Positions 12,230 through 25,392 of a DNA stretch of 64,000 bases are shown in pieces. The notes below the pieces were generated by a model, which searched no databases, was not told where the DNA came from, and was given only the letters and a program-made list of their open reading frames with translations. Numbering within the stretch: position 1 is the stretch's first letter; every line of letters starts with the position of its first letter. Position numbers and translations under genes: made by a program. The stretch is from Bilabrum cf. latius (lineage: Eukaryota): the NCBI GenBank assembly GCA_965178125.1, contig OZ237738.1:124001-188000 (forward strand). Reading direction: 5' to 3'.

Positions 12230-15200
12230 TCACTCGCCACCGAGCTACCCTCCGCCAGGTGCTCTTGCGCCAGTTTTCCTCACACCATGACCACCCCGAC
12301 GTTTCCCGGCATCACGCCCCTGCGCTGTGAGACCCGTGGGGGAACTACCCCCGGCCACGCCCCAGCCACTGATGCCCAGTCCACCGGCACCGCGTGCTCC
12401 ACCGTGCACAGCACCCGGCAGCACAAGGTTGCCTCCCCAAGTGGCCGCCCTGCCCAGCGAAAGGGTGGGCGGCAGCGTCACCCCCCTGCTGCTGACGGCT
12501 GGCTTCAACCCGCTCGCGGTGCCATCCACCGGTGGCAGTCCCATGCCGCGGTCCCCCGGGCTCCTGCACCGAGCTCTCCCATCCATCCTTCCCAGCCACA
12601 GGGACTGCTTGTGCCGGGGCGAAGCACTTGCAGACTGCCAGTGAATGGCGGCAAGTTCCCGCGGGGAGCCTCGCTGCTGCTCGTGCCCGTAGCCTGCCCC
12701 ACCAAGCTCGGAACCACCGGAAAGGACGACGCTCCGCCGGACGGCGCTGGCAGTGGATCGCGAGCCGATCGGACTGCTTGCCCCACCCGATCTGCGCACC
12801 GACTATTCCCTGCCGCCGCGTTCGGTCGGCTCGCGCTGCCGGCCATTGCTGGCCCGTCCCGTCGATGAACTTGCACCGTGTCGAGAGCTGGCCGTCTTGC
12901 TGCCCACCGAGTAGCTCAAAGTGCGCCGCAGCCGGCTCCCTGAGACTATGCCATCTCTGCCGCGGGACCGGGCGGGACCTCTGCTGCCCTTGCGGCCCTG
13001 CCCCATAGACACAGACACACGGCCTGAAGATGGACGCAGCAGCTCGACCTCCCTGGCAGCTCCTGCCAGGCCCGCCCCGCTCTCCGGTCTCACTGGTATG
13101 GGCGCCCACACCTCTTCTCTGCGGGCCTCTGTGAAGGCCTGCAGCCGCTTGGTCTCCTCCTCCCGACGAGCAGCCGCCACCCGCTCTGCCGTCCTTCTCC
13201 TCGCCTCGGCAGCGGCACGCATCCTGCGGGCTCGCGCCTGCAGAACGGCCAGCTTCCCGTCGGCGGAGGCCGATGCTGCTTGCTCCCGGGAAGACGCACC
13301 GCGGGAAATCGCTCTGTCCTTGCTGCCGGCACGTGCGCGGAAGGAAGCGCGGGAGGCGCTGCGGCGGCCGCTTCGCTCCTCGCTGGCACCATTCGCGGCA
13401 GAGGCAGAAACAGAGGCAGAGGCAAACCCCCTCGCTGCTCCTGCAGCACCCGAGTCCCTGCATGCCTGGGGCTCGCCCGATGCCGCCGCGCTCTTGCCGG
13501 CTCTCTCCGCCGCCCGAGCCTCCGCACGAGCCCTCTGCGCATGTCGCCTGAGCAGTTTCGCAATGGATGCAGTGGCCTCCTCGTACCCAGGCCTGCCTTT
13601 GAGCTTGCGCAGCGTGGCCAGCCTGGCCCCCTCTGCCGACCGCCACTCGCTCCCCGGCATGCGGGACCACGGGTGCAGCCCCTCCGATTCGAGCAGCGCG
13701 TAGAGGCAGGCTTTGCCCACGTCCCGCCAGTGTGCGGGCACGTACTTTGCGGGCAGCGCGCTCAAGCCCACTCCGGGCAGGCACGGAGGGGAGGCCCGCC
13801 CGCCGTCTCCCGAGGCGGGCGGCTTGCTGCCCACCGTGCGCGCGCACCCGTAGTGGCACTCGAGCGTGAAGCACCTTGGGTGCCCCGTGGCGCGGTACAG
13901 CGCCACACGGCCGGACCCTCCCTTCTTGCCCCCTCGCTTGTCCACCCCGTCCATGTTCTTGGCCGAGAAACAGCTGGCGCCCAGGTCAAAGTACTGCGAA
14001 TGCACGCTGCACGCCTGCGCGAAGAAGTTCGCTTCTACCTGAGTCGCCGCGTCGTCGATGTGGTTGCCGAATATGAAGCAGCCTCGCTTGTTGATGTGCG
14101 CGTGCAGGTCCAGGTATAGCCCGAGTTGGCCTGCACGGGCGTGGTGCAGGACCAGTTGCTTGGCAGCGTGCACCGTGGGGTGCACCGCCGGGTCTGGGTC
14201 CTCGTAGCACCGGTTGAGGTTGAGGCCGCGCGAGTCTGCCCTGTAGTGGCCCATGGCCACCCCGTCTGGGTTGAGCACCGGTATGATCTTGAACACGAAG
14301 TGCCTCAGCAGCGCCTCCGTCCGGGGGTCCTCCCGCCGCAGCAGCACCTCGAGGATCCCTTGCAGCACATGCGAGGCGGGAGTTTCGCCCGGATGCACCC
14401 GAGCCGTGATGACAGCCACTTGCTTGCCGCCCCACGCCCGGACTGGCCGCCTCCATCGCCGCCGCGCAGCGGACTCGCCGGTCGCAGGTCGGGCCCTCCT
14501 CCCTGCCGAGTACCGCTTCCATTCATCCCCCCACCCTTCTCCCTCTAGGAATCGCCGTTGCTCCTCCGCTGGCACCCACCCATCGACTGCAGACGCCTTG
14601 CCCTCGGGTGAACCAGTAGCGGTGGCAGCGGCCGCTTCCGAGCTCGGAAGGCGAGACACCTCATGCCCTAGGTCAGGCAGCAGGTGCGGGTCTCGCACCA
14701 TGACTGCGGCTGACTCTGACTCCACGAATTTATCATCATCCTTCCCCGTGACAGCATCGGGCTGTCCCACGCTGCTGTTCCTGCCGCTGCCGCTGCTGCT
14801 TGCTCCGCTAGGCGTGCTCCTGGTGCCACTGCCGCTGCTGCTGCTGCTGCTTGCTCCGCTAGGCGTGCTCCTGGTACCGGTGGCCAGGAGCAGAGGGCCC
14901 TCCCGCTCGGGCAAGGACGGGAGCACGATGGCATCGCGGCCGCTTGAATCGGTGCTCTTGCCCTCCTGGATGCCTGCGGCAGGTGCCTCTGCCGGCGGCT
15001 CCCACCCAGCCATGAGCAGGTGCTCGAGGGCGAGCATGCGGAGCAGGTCGTGCTCGCCCGCCGTGGATGCCGGGCCGTGCCGCCCCGTGATGGTTACCAC
15101 GTCAACGTCGCGCCCTTCAAGAGATGAGCAAATTCGCTCCCTGCAAAAATATATGCCTCTGCGCAATCCCGGCAGCCTAGCGAGCACCGACTCTTGTGCC

Positions 15201-15967
15201 AGCGAGAGGCACGCCTCGATAGAATCGGAGGAGCGGGACTCGTCCCCAACCGCGCCACTGCCCGCGATTTCTACCTTATGCCCATCTGTTGGCTAGTTTT
15301 GGCTCTCAGCGGCTCTGGTTTTGAGCTGGTGGCGCAGGGACTCTGATGCATCGCGGTCTTCAATACAATCATTCCCGAGGTCTCCTTCGTGCGCAGCCAA
15401 CTGCTGCTGTTGCATCACGTACGGGAAAGGAAACGTCAACGCAAATTCAACCTCAGCATCGCCTGTCTCAAATGTATAAGAAAATTCAAATCTTCCGTTC
15501 GTAGGACCATCTTGCTTGGGAGTGGCCGGTTCAAGATCGTTAGACTGCTCGTCTGGCCCTAAACGCGCTGCGCTCAGCCCTCCAGATTCCATAAAATGCT
15601 TAGTCTGCCGCTTCAATTCGTCTGGCAGGTCATCGTAGCTACTTTGGTCCTGTGAATAGATGATTCCGGCAGGAAGGTGACCCCATGCCGACATCCGTGG
15701 CGTTGCCCTGTAGGCAACTCGATGTCCAAACTTCTCCAAATTGGACTGCTTGTTGACAAATCGCACAAGAAACCGCACAGTCCTGCCCCTAGCTGCCCCC
15801 TTGACCCGGAAATTAAACCATGAGCGGTAGTTGCAGACGAATTTCGTCCCAGCACAGTCTGGCCTAGGAAACAGCTCCACTGCTCCATGAGCCGCTCTAG
15901 CGTGCCATAAATTCCCCCCATCGAAGTCGCCTGTAAATATCAGACCATCGACTTCATGCGTGGGCAT
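12230..15967 (-). CDS. Cytosolic carboxypeptidase (M14D, CCP5/AGBL5-like tubulin deglutamylase) (3 in-frame TAG)
   Basis: 'FTGDFDGGNL', 'RSWFNFRV', 'EFALTFPFPY', 'ITARVHPGETPAS', 'FKIIPVLNPDGVAMGHYR', 'NLNR', 'YLDLHAH', 'FTLEC'. ORFs 15293, 12803 and 12245 join through TAG; TGA at 12230-12232. Start codon is my best guess. Confidence 0.88.
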
Positions 15968-16258
15968 CCGATGGGCCAAAAACGGATCGGAAACAGTGGC
16001 AAATACGATTTTTGTAACGAGCGGTTTACCCTGTGCTACGTGCTTACGGCTCGTGGATTCGCCGCCCTTATTTCTGGCTTTTTAGGTGAGATTCCGCTGT
16101 CATACGTGATGAATTCCATTATTTGATACATGATTATCGTAGCATCTTGGTCGATTAGTGAAAAGAAACGCAATTAGTTCTACAATATTGCCAGTCTCAT
16201 TTGAATGTGCTCGCCCTGCTCATTTGCTCGTGTTGCGCAGGGATTCTACGGAGTCGTT

Positions 16259-19200
16259 ATGGAGGAGCAGGATCCCAATGGAGAAGCTATGACAAAGCCA
16301 AAGCTCGAAGCAGTGGACATGTTCATGGCGGTCACCGGATGCAAACGAGAGCGAGCACTGGAGTATTTAAGCGCGACCGATTTTGATGCCGAGATTGCCC
16401 TAAATCACTTCCTAGAGAACCAGCCACCCGGTGGCGATGACGACAATGATGATGATGATGATGCTGTAGAAGTAGCTGCCGCCGGACCAGCAGTGAGGAG
16501 CAGCAACGCGCAGGAATCCAGTGCTTCTAGCGCTACTTCGGCTGCATCGACAGGTTCTGCGGCGGCAGCCACCTCTGGCAGCTCGGGTCGAGGTCGCGGC
16601 CGAGGCCGAGGCCAAGGTAGCGCATTGTCAAGCCGGAGAGGGCGTGGCCGGGGGAGGGGCGGCGGCAGGAGGAGCACGGCACCCTTGGCATCCGACGAGC
16701 AAGCCTCGGTGCCGAGCGGCAAGCAAGCACAGGGCGGTGCATCCCTTGCAGCCTCAAGCTCTGCAGAAAGCACCGGTGACATGTCTGTGGACCTGCAGTC
16801 GTCGATGGCGAGCTCTGCCATGCCCAGCGCGGCCTCCTCCACGAGCACCTCGAGCTCCGGCAGGAGGAGCTCCAGGCTGGCCAGCAGGGGGCAGTCTGCG
16901 GTGGAGGCCGCTGCCCGGCGCAGGGCACAGGTGAACGGCAGCGGCTCTCCCCAGAACCGCAAGCGGTCGCGCCCCGATGAGAGGGTGGCCCGTGAGAGGG
17001 CTGCTTGGAGAGAGGCCAGCGAGGCTGCCGAGATGCTGGCAACGGGCAGGCGGAGGGCCAGGCAAGCCGCGCGCGGAGGGAGGGCTGCCCCTGCCTCTGC
17101 CTCTGGCGGTGCCTCTGCCGGTGCGGATGCGGGTGCGGGTGCGGGTGCGGGTGCGAGTGCGGGTGCGGGTGCGGGTGCAGGTGCAGGTGCGGGTGCGAGT
17201 GCGGTTGTGGGGGCGCTGTCCGCACCCTCGAGTGCATCTAGCGGGCAGGCTGCCATGGCGGAAGATGAAGAAGAGCAGCAGGGCGAGGAGGAGGAGGAGG
17301 AGGAGGAGGCAGGAGCGGAGGGTGGCATTGCTGAGGACCAGGTTGGCACTGGCATGGACGGCGACAAGGCAGGCGACGATGACGATGAGGACGAGGACGA
17401 GGATGAGGACGAGGACGAATCTCCTCCTGAAGCAGGTGGTGAGGATGACGATGACTTCGTACCTCCCGGGGGAGCCGAGCTGCCCCTCGCTGCAGCACGG
17501 GCTCCTACCCGCTCTCGGCGCGGTGCCAGTTCTGCAGCGATGCAAGACGGCGACTATGACGAGGAAGCCTCCTCTGCAGGGCAGGCAGACGAGGAGGAGG
17601 ACTACAGCCCGGCGCATGCACCGGCACCTCGAGGGAGGGGCCGCCCAGCCAAGAAGCGCAGGACCCTGGCAGGTGCAAGGTCAACACTCATGCAAGAAGT
17701 AGCGGAGAATCCGCTGTACAAGTGGGCTGCCGGGCGCAAGCATGGCAAGCATAAGATTGTGCACATGGGTGCCCTGGACCCGGCTGCTATATTCGACGAT
17801 GAGGTCTCGAAGGCTATAAGCGCGGAAGGAAGGGCGGCGCAAGCGGGAGGCCAGCGGGTTGTGCGGCCCACTCGTTTCGTCCAGGCGCAGCAGCACGAGC
17901 GGAAGCAGGCCATCCTGCTAGCTCCTGTCAGCGCGGGGAGCACGCTCGACAAAGAGCCGCTGAGCCGGCGGCCAGTGCGCCAGCTGCTCGGCGAGTTCGA
18001 GTTTTGTATCAGCACAAAAGCCTGGGAACGAGCGCACGGCGCGCTCATTGTTTCGATTCCTGATCTGGTTGGGAAGCGCAACGGCACTGACGTGAAGGTG
18101 CCTGCCCTCTTCCCATCGCTGGCAGACGCGGCGTGGGCACACCGTGCGTGCCAGCTGGGGGCAGGCGCGGTGGATGATCGGTCCGAGGCGGTCAAGTCGC
18201 AGATGCGGCAGGGTACCCTCGAGAATGCCGTATCGTATGGCTGGCTGGCCCGGCGAGTTCATGCTGAGAGAGAATTGCTCGCAGGAAATCGCAAGAAGCT
18301 GCGGAAAGTGCTCACTGTTGCTTTCAGCGAGGACCTGAGGGCTTGCTACGACCCCTTCTACGGAGGCGGCGTGGAGGAACCTGCTCCGTCCAAGGCGGTG
18401 CGGGCCCTGCTGGAGTCCATGCTCTCGCACAGGCACGGCACGACGAAGGAGGAGGCAGCTACTCGCCTGATAATGAACGAGGACCAGCTGGTCTTCCTGG
18501 ATACACTGCTCAAGATGTCGAGGGTCGACTCCAACGGGGGATATGACGCGAGCAAGCGTGGTCCGTATAGGCGCCAGGAGCCCAGCGCACGGGTTCGTCG
18601 GCTGTAGGTGGAGCTAGGCATGCTCACCCGCAAGGCGCAAACGCAGCTTCAGCGCCAATTCGATCGTATGGCCGCTCTAGACTTCCTCGCAGGCAGCTCC
18701 ATGTCCCCCAACGACTATAGAACGGACAACCAGATCGGCGTAGTCACCTCGGCCTCAGAAGTGCCCTACCGTGGGCTCAGTCAGGGCGACCAGGATCGGG
18801 CGCGGAGACTCAACAGAGACCTTCAGGTTGCCCTGGTAGCCGACAAGGTGAAGATGCGGATCTGGAAGGCCGGATCGCAGCCCCTGGTGCACGCAAGGTT
18901 CGCCATCCCTCACATGGACGAAGAGGGTGTCTTCTTCCGAGTGCAACTCTTCGCAACGGAGTACGTGAGCACTTCGCTGGCAGGCGGTTATCATCCCATT
19001 TGGCAGCGCATCCGTCTTGCCAGGCCGGTCCTCGTCTCACCGGCTACGCTGCGGTCCACCCGACTCGGGATGGGCTACCTCTATCGCGGCCTGGACGAGG
19101 GTGCTATCGCCATCGACCCATATGCGGTGGCGGAGCACCAGCACGACGAGTCGTGTGAGAAGGAGGTAAATGCTGCCTACAAGGCATGCGCGAGCCTGCC

Positions 19201-22200
19201 AGAGAAGGAGGGCGGCGCCAGTGAGAGACGGCAGGTGCCTCCAGCACCATCTCCTGGTGCGGCGACTCAGGCGCAGCGAAGCCCCTCGAATCGGTCTTCG
19301 CCAGAGGGAAGTTCTAGCGCGAGTGTGGCTAGCTCCTCGCCGCCAGCCCAGAGCTCAGGTGCCGCGGCTGCTGCGAGCCAGGCCTCGACACTGGCCGAGG
19401 AAGAGCTCGCCGTTCCCTCCAATGCCAGCGCGTTGGATGGCGCCTCGTGGGAGCATGCGTCCATGTTCGACGGGGAGCTGCACCAGCACGCATTGTTTGA
19501 AGTACACGGGCAGCGGGCTCTGTCCCTGATCGCCAGGGCCTGGTCGCGCGAGCTCGAGCACACGAGAAGCATCATGCGCATGCCACGGCGCCCGGAGCGA
19601 TTCTTGGGTGACTCCACCACGGACACGAGCCGCGCTGATACCAAGGCGCTGGAGAAGAAGTATGTCGAGAAGAAGAACACGCTGAAGCCGAAGCTGATTG
19701 ACGAAGCCATGCGTGCGATGGGTCTGAGGCAGGGCCGCGAGCTCTGCCCACCGGCCAAGACCGAGGCAGGCACTTCGCCGTTCATGAAGCCTGGCACAGG
19801 CCTGGCCACCAAGTGGCTGCAGGATTAGCGCGCGACGAGGCAGTTCAGTTTCTCCGTGCAGGGCTTGCTTGACATAGTCGAAAAGACGGCGCTGGCCGAC
19901 GGCGTGGCCCACGGAGAGACAAAGGACACGCAGCCACCGGGCCTGACGAGCACCTTGTATCCGTACCAGAGCAGCACTGTCCAGTGGATGATCGACTCGG
20001 AGAAGCGATCGTTCGGACTTGCAGACGGAGCCATGTTCCCCGTCCCGATCGGGGCTCGCGGAGACCGCAAGCTGTGGATCAACACGTTCGGCCAGGTGCA
20101 GGACAGGCTGGCCATTCGAGGGCCCCCAATGACTGGTGGTGGCATCCTCGCAAGTGAGATGGGCCTTGGCAAGACGATCATGTCCATTGCCACCATTCTG
20201 GCCAATCCCAGGCACCCGGACAATTGCGATCAGGCAATCCCGCAGGACTTGAACTAGACGTTCCAGCAGGCCGCCCAGGTCAAGTCTTCAAACATCGCGC
20301 GAACCCACGAGCTGCCCATGATGCGATACGCTATTGTAGCTCGGTTTGCGGGCCTGCTGAAAGCCTCAGAAGTAAAGGAAGCAGCCAAGGGGAATTGGCC
20401 CGGTGACTTTACGGCTCGCACGTCGCGGTCCGGCTTCCGCCTGCGCCAATCGAGCGATCTGCGCACCGAGGACTATTTGCGTATGGTGCCGCGGCCGCGG
20501 GCCAAGGCTACGCTCGTGGTGTTGCCCGTGTCTCTGATCGGGCAATGGGCTACAGAGATCGAGAAACATGCTCCTTGCCTGTCGGTGGTGACCTTTCACG
20601 GCCAGAAGCGCAAGCAGATTCCACCCGTTGCCTTCCTTGGCGCTGACGTCGTGCTGACCACGTACTCTCTGCTCACCACGGAATGGAACGTGCTGGAAAT
20701 GATCGACTGGCACCGCATCATGTTTGACGAGTCGCAGAGCGTCAAGGGCAAAGCCAGCAAGGTCTCGCTTGGCGCCACCTGGCTTTGTGCGTCCAACAAG
20801 TGGCTCGTCAGCGGCACTCCCTTCACGAAATCGGGGCACACTGACCTCAGCGGCCAGCTCCGCGTGCTGCAGGCCACGCCATACGACGAGAACATCATGT
20901 TTGCCTCCTCGATCGAGAAGCCGTTCTACACGATGACCAAGGCCCACGCCAAGAGGGTCGACTCGAGGAAGACCTGCGAGGACCCGCGGGGCAACGTCGG
21001 TGCGTTCCTCGGGCTCTGGTCGCAGATCGGTCGGCGGCACACCAAGGCGCGGCTGGCACAGACCAAGCAGCTGTGCCTGCCCGGGCGGTCCTACAAGCTC
21101 GAGTTCGTGCAGCCCTCCGCCGATGAGACGCTGCTAACGCAGGCCCTCGTGCAGCGGATGGGCGAGCGATTCGCTGCCATGACCCGTTTCGGGGAGTCGC
21201 ATGCGCTCAACCGGTTTGCCCGCATCGAGTAGCTGGTCAACCGAGTGCGCATGGGAGCTGCACTGCCCAGCCTCGTCGAGCTGAGCAACTGGGGGGCTCG
21301 GGAGGCCTTCAAAGTGGACAGAACGTCCCAGGACGGCCAGAAGGTTATCAACACGCTGACCAAGAGCGTGTCGGAGATCATCGCAAAGCTCAAGAAGGAC
21401 CAGGAGAAGCAGGTCAAGGAGCTCGAGAAGCAGGGTATCGTGGACGAGCAGCGCTACAAGGACGTGAGCTGGGCCAGGAACATCAACTACCTCAAGGAGG
21501 TGGAGAAGATCCTGGAGAAAGTAGACGAGGAGTGCTGCATCTGTCTCGAGCGCATGGATCGGCCCACGCTCACGCCATGCTTGCACCTTTTCTGCCACGG
21601 CTGTATCCAGGGGGTCGTGAATGCCGCCACCTACAGCGCCCCGACCTGCCCAATCTGCCGCACGGGCTTCAATCGCTCCACCAAGTTCACCGAGCTCACC
21701 CAGGACGTGACATCGGCCAAGAAGGAGGGGGCCAAGGCCAAGGCGGTTGACCCGGAGAAAGAGGACGTGATGGTTTCCACCACTGGAGGAGCCACCGTGT
21801 CCGTCAAGGGCAACATCGCGGCGGCGTGGAGGCGCTGCAAGGCGGACGCGCTGAACTGCTCCAAGCTGAGCCACCTGGTAACGTGCATGCGGCGCGTGTT
21901 TGCAGCTGACAGGGGGTCCAAGTGCATCGTGTTCACGCAGTTCAACGATGTCGTGAACACGGTGCGGGCCCGCCTCCGCGCCGAGGGAATTGACCACGAG
22001 TTCATCTCCGGCTCCATGTCACAGCCCAGGCGACAGGCGGCTATGCAGCGGTTCGCTGGAGACCGCAGCTGCAAGGTCTTTGTGCTCACGCAGAAGAGTG
22101 CGGCTGTCGGACTCAACCTGACGTGCGCCAACCACGTCTTCTTCATGGAGCCGTCCATGAAGATCCAGCAGGAGAAGCAGGCGGTGGGCCGCGTGCACAG

Positions 22201-23041
22201 GGTAGGGCAGACCCGGGCAGTGGTGGTGCATCGTCTGGCACAGAAGGGCACTGTGGAGGAGGAGGTGCTGGCCATGAACTTCGAGCTGGAGAGGAAGGCC
22301 AGGGGGCAGGGGATTGCTGGCGGGGACGGAGGCGAGGCTGCGCAGGCGGAGCTGGCTTCTGCCGTGGGGCACGCGGTCTCATCGGAGGACTACGACCAGG
22401 CGGTGGCGGAGGCGGAGCGCCGCGAGCGCATGGCGCACATTCGGCGCTTCTTCCAGCATGGAGGCACGAGCCAGACGTCCCAGGGATAGCTGACCAGGGA
22501 CCTGAAGGAGCTATTTGGAGACGAGGCGGACAGCTCGAACGCAGGTAGCATGGCCGGAGTGATGGGCATGCAGGTAGAAGACCCTGTGGCGGCAGTGCGG
22601 CAGGTGGTGGACAGCGCCTCCTCCATCCTCGCCCATGACTATGGGGCCCTCGCCTCGTTCACTCCGCAAGTGGCGGCTAGTCTCTCGGTAGCAGGCGGGG
22701 TGGTGCAGCCGCAACGCCACAGCGCCGCATCGTACTACAAGAGCCTGACGGATGATGCTCTCCGGGAGCACGTCAACAGCAGGCTGACGAGTGCCCGCGC
22801 GTATGCCGAGCACGAGCACATGCGCTGGATGGCAGCTGACGAGGTCCCCGTGTTGATGGGGGACGACGAGGACGATGATGAGGACGAAGCCGAGGAGGCA
22901 GCCGTTGGGGCAGGAGCAGGCTTTGCAGAGCTGGCTGACATGATGAATGGGCCGAGCAGCGGGGCGGGGAGCTCGGAAGCAGCCGCCTTGAAGTCGAGGT
23001 TCCAGGTGGCCATGGGGGACGGCGAGGAGGACGAGTTCTGA
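16259..23041 (+). CDS. UBA-like + SNF2 ATPase + RING + helicase C (Rad5/HLTF/SHPRH-like), ~2260 aa (5 in-frame TAG)
   Basis: N-terminal 'FMAVTGCKRERALEYLSATDFDAEIALNHF'; 'LYPYQ', 'GGILASEMGLGKT', 'TLVVLPVSLIGQW', 'IMFDESQ', RING 'CCICLE..CLHLFCHGC..CPICR', 'GLNLTCAN', 'QAVGRVHRVGQ'. TAGs at 18605, 19826, 20255, 21230, 22487; ends TGA. Confidence 0.9.
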
Positions 23042-23270
23042 GCAGGCCCTGATAGGCAGGCTGTGCTGCTGGCATTTTGGCGTGTGCGGCGAGCTATGCA
23101 TGTTTCGCTTCTATATATAAGTATTCCACAGAGTAGAACACCCGAAAGGTTGCTTTCATTTGCACTGGCCTTTCCAGGTGCATCACATGGTGGCGGCCCA
23201 CTGGCAACTTGGCCTGGAGAATCTATTCCCCGCGTGCAGATCACGCCAATACTGCTCACTAAAGGTGTTT

Positions 23271-25364
23271 ATGGCATCGCCAGGACACACTCTTCAAGAT
23301 TTCCCGGATGTACGTGCTTTGCCAAACCCTGCTCGCGAGCCTCTTTAGGACTCAGACAAAGCCTCTGCGAATGGACTGCGAATCATGTCTGTAAACGCGT
23401 ACGCCGGCCACGCCATGCCATCTGCTCTGTCTTGCATTTTGCCGAGGGGTCATCACGTAGAAGGCTCTATCGGTGCCCCGTCTTGGCGGTGGAGGGAATA
23501 GTGCAAGCGTATCGAGCAGTAGCAGCCAGACATTGTTGGTTTTCAGGAAGTTTTTCGATCTTCCGCTGTACGACTGTTCGAAGGCAAGCTAGGAGCTTCA
23601 TACCAATTCGTTTATAGTCAAGCATTTAATATGAAGGGCTGGGTTGCTTTTATATCGGTTACGGCATGCTGTGTTGTGGTCGGTATCATGATTTGCTTGC
23701 GAGTGGTTGGTCTCGTCGAAGCACTGCTAGGAATCAATTTACACGGAGAGTTACAGCCATCCAGCTTAGCACAAATAACATCAGCAATAGTTCTGGAGTT
23801 CTGCGTGTATTACTGGCTGAAGAACACCCCACTAGGAGACTTTTTGCTGGGCGATTTGTCTGGTGGGATGGTACTGGCACTGCGGCGGAAGAAGGTCCTC
23901 CTGCGATCGTTCCGGTCTGAGCATTATCGAATGGGTGCTCATGATATACTGTCATGGGGCCGACCACGCGTTTGGTAGGCAATCGTGGTCGACGTGATCG
24001 GCGCTGCGACCCAAGGGCACCCCGGTGCTACCCACGAAGCCGTCAAGCCGCTCAAGAGCAACACAGGTGCACAGCATGCAGCTGAGAATCGCAAGAAGGA
24101 CCTTTGCGCTGAAAGCAGCAGGGTTGAACCCACCGCGGCTACAAATTGAGGACAAGCGGCGGGCGAGTCCCGGCTAAGCGCAAGCAGCATCCCAGCGTCC
24201 CACGGCGGTGCAAAGGGAGGTGCCAGTAGCACTCGCATTGAGATTAGCGCCGACGGCTCGCCAACCTGCAGGAACAAATCTCTCGTTGGATCCAGCAGTA
24301 GGGGCGAGGGGCCCCCGGCGGCCTCGGCAAGCGAGCACGATCGCGCCTGCAGCAGCCATGGCGCGGACCGCCCGCCGACTGCTGCCTCTGCTGCCTCGAT
24401 ATCGCGAGTGCTGCTGGTGCACGCGCATGCCCCGCTGGGCGAGTGCGAGCACACGGACCGAGCGCGCATGCTGGAGCTGCGACTGGCGATCGAGGCGGCT
24501 CGGGGCATGGGCAGGGGCACGTTGCACTCATCGAGCGAGGCTTCTACAGACGGTCCCATCGCGACCGGGTCTGAGTCTAGCTCTAGCTCCGAGCCTACAC
24601 CTACCTCTGGCAGGGAGCATCCAATCGTTGTGTTCGGCGACTTGAATGCGCGCTTCCGCTCGATCACCATCAAGGAGATCGGGCTATGGTCGGCCACCGC
24701 CAGTGCCAGCCGGCACGTGAGACGCAGGTCTGGGACTCACCGCATGGATTGGCGCACCTGGGATAACCAGGAGAACTACTTGACTCGGGGCTCATCCAGG
24801 GAACTGGACGGCAAGCTGGACTGGATCATGTTCCACTCGGGGGGCAGCGAGCGCTGGGGCAGCGAGGGGCAGCGACAGGGGCAGCGGTAGGGGTAGGGGC
24901 AGGTGCACGCCGAGAGCACGGGCACAGGTACAGGCGCGGGCATGGGGCGTCTTGACGATGTCGGGGGCGGTGCAAGAAGCAGCAAAGCAGGGAATTCACT
25001 GCGACCTGTCACCGATACATCTGAATCAGGTGCATCAGGTGCGTCAGGTGCGTCGGGTGAATCACTTGAAGAGCCACGACGAGGCAGCTAGGAGCAGATG
25101 CTGGAGCCATTCTCTGCAAGTAAAGGCAGCGTAGATTGCAATTGTCCGGAGTTTGACAGCGACGGAGAGAAGGATTGGCGCTCCCTTGCATGCCCGGTGT
25201 GGGCGGTGCACGAGGACGCCCGGGTGCAGTCAGAGCAGCGCAAGGCCGACCAACAGGCGCTCTCTCCTGCCATGGTGCTGCGGGATGCGTGCGTGTGCCT
25301 GTGGGAGCCTCAGGCTCCCTCGGACCACTACGCGGTGGCGGCTGATTTTGAACTGGTGGCTTGA
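23271..25364 (+). CDS. EEP (exonuclease/endonuclease/phosphatase) family protein with internal TM helices, copy A; 7 TAG and one in-frame TGA (24147), possibly disrupted
   Basis: 'LRIMSVNAYAG', 'PDIVGFQEV', 'LLVHAH', 'VVFGDLNA', 'KLDWIMF', 'PSDHYAVAADF' all lie in one frame. Collinear with copy A' at 34953-36803. Confidence 0.78.
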
Positions 25365-25392
25365 TTGTATTAGACAATTAATCCTAACCTTT

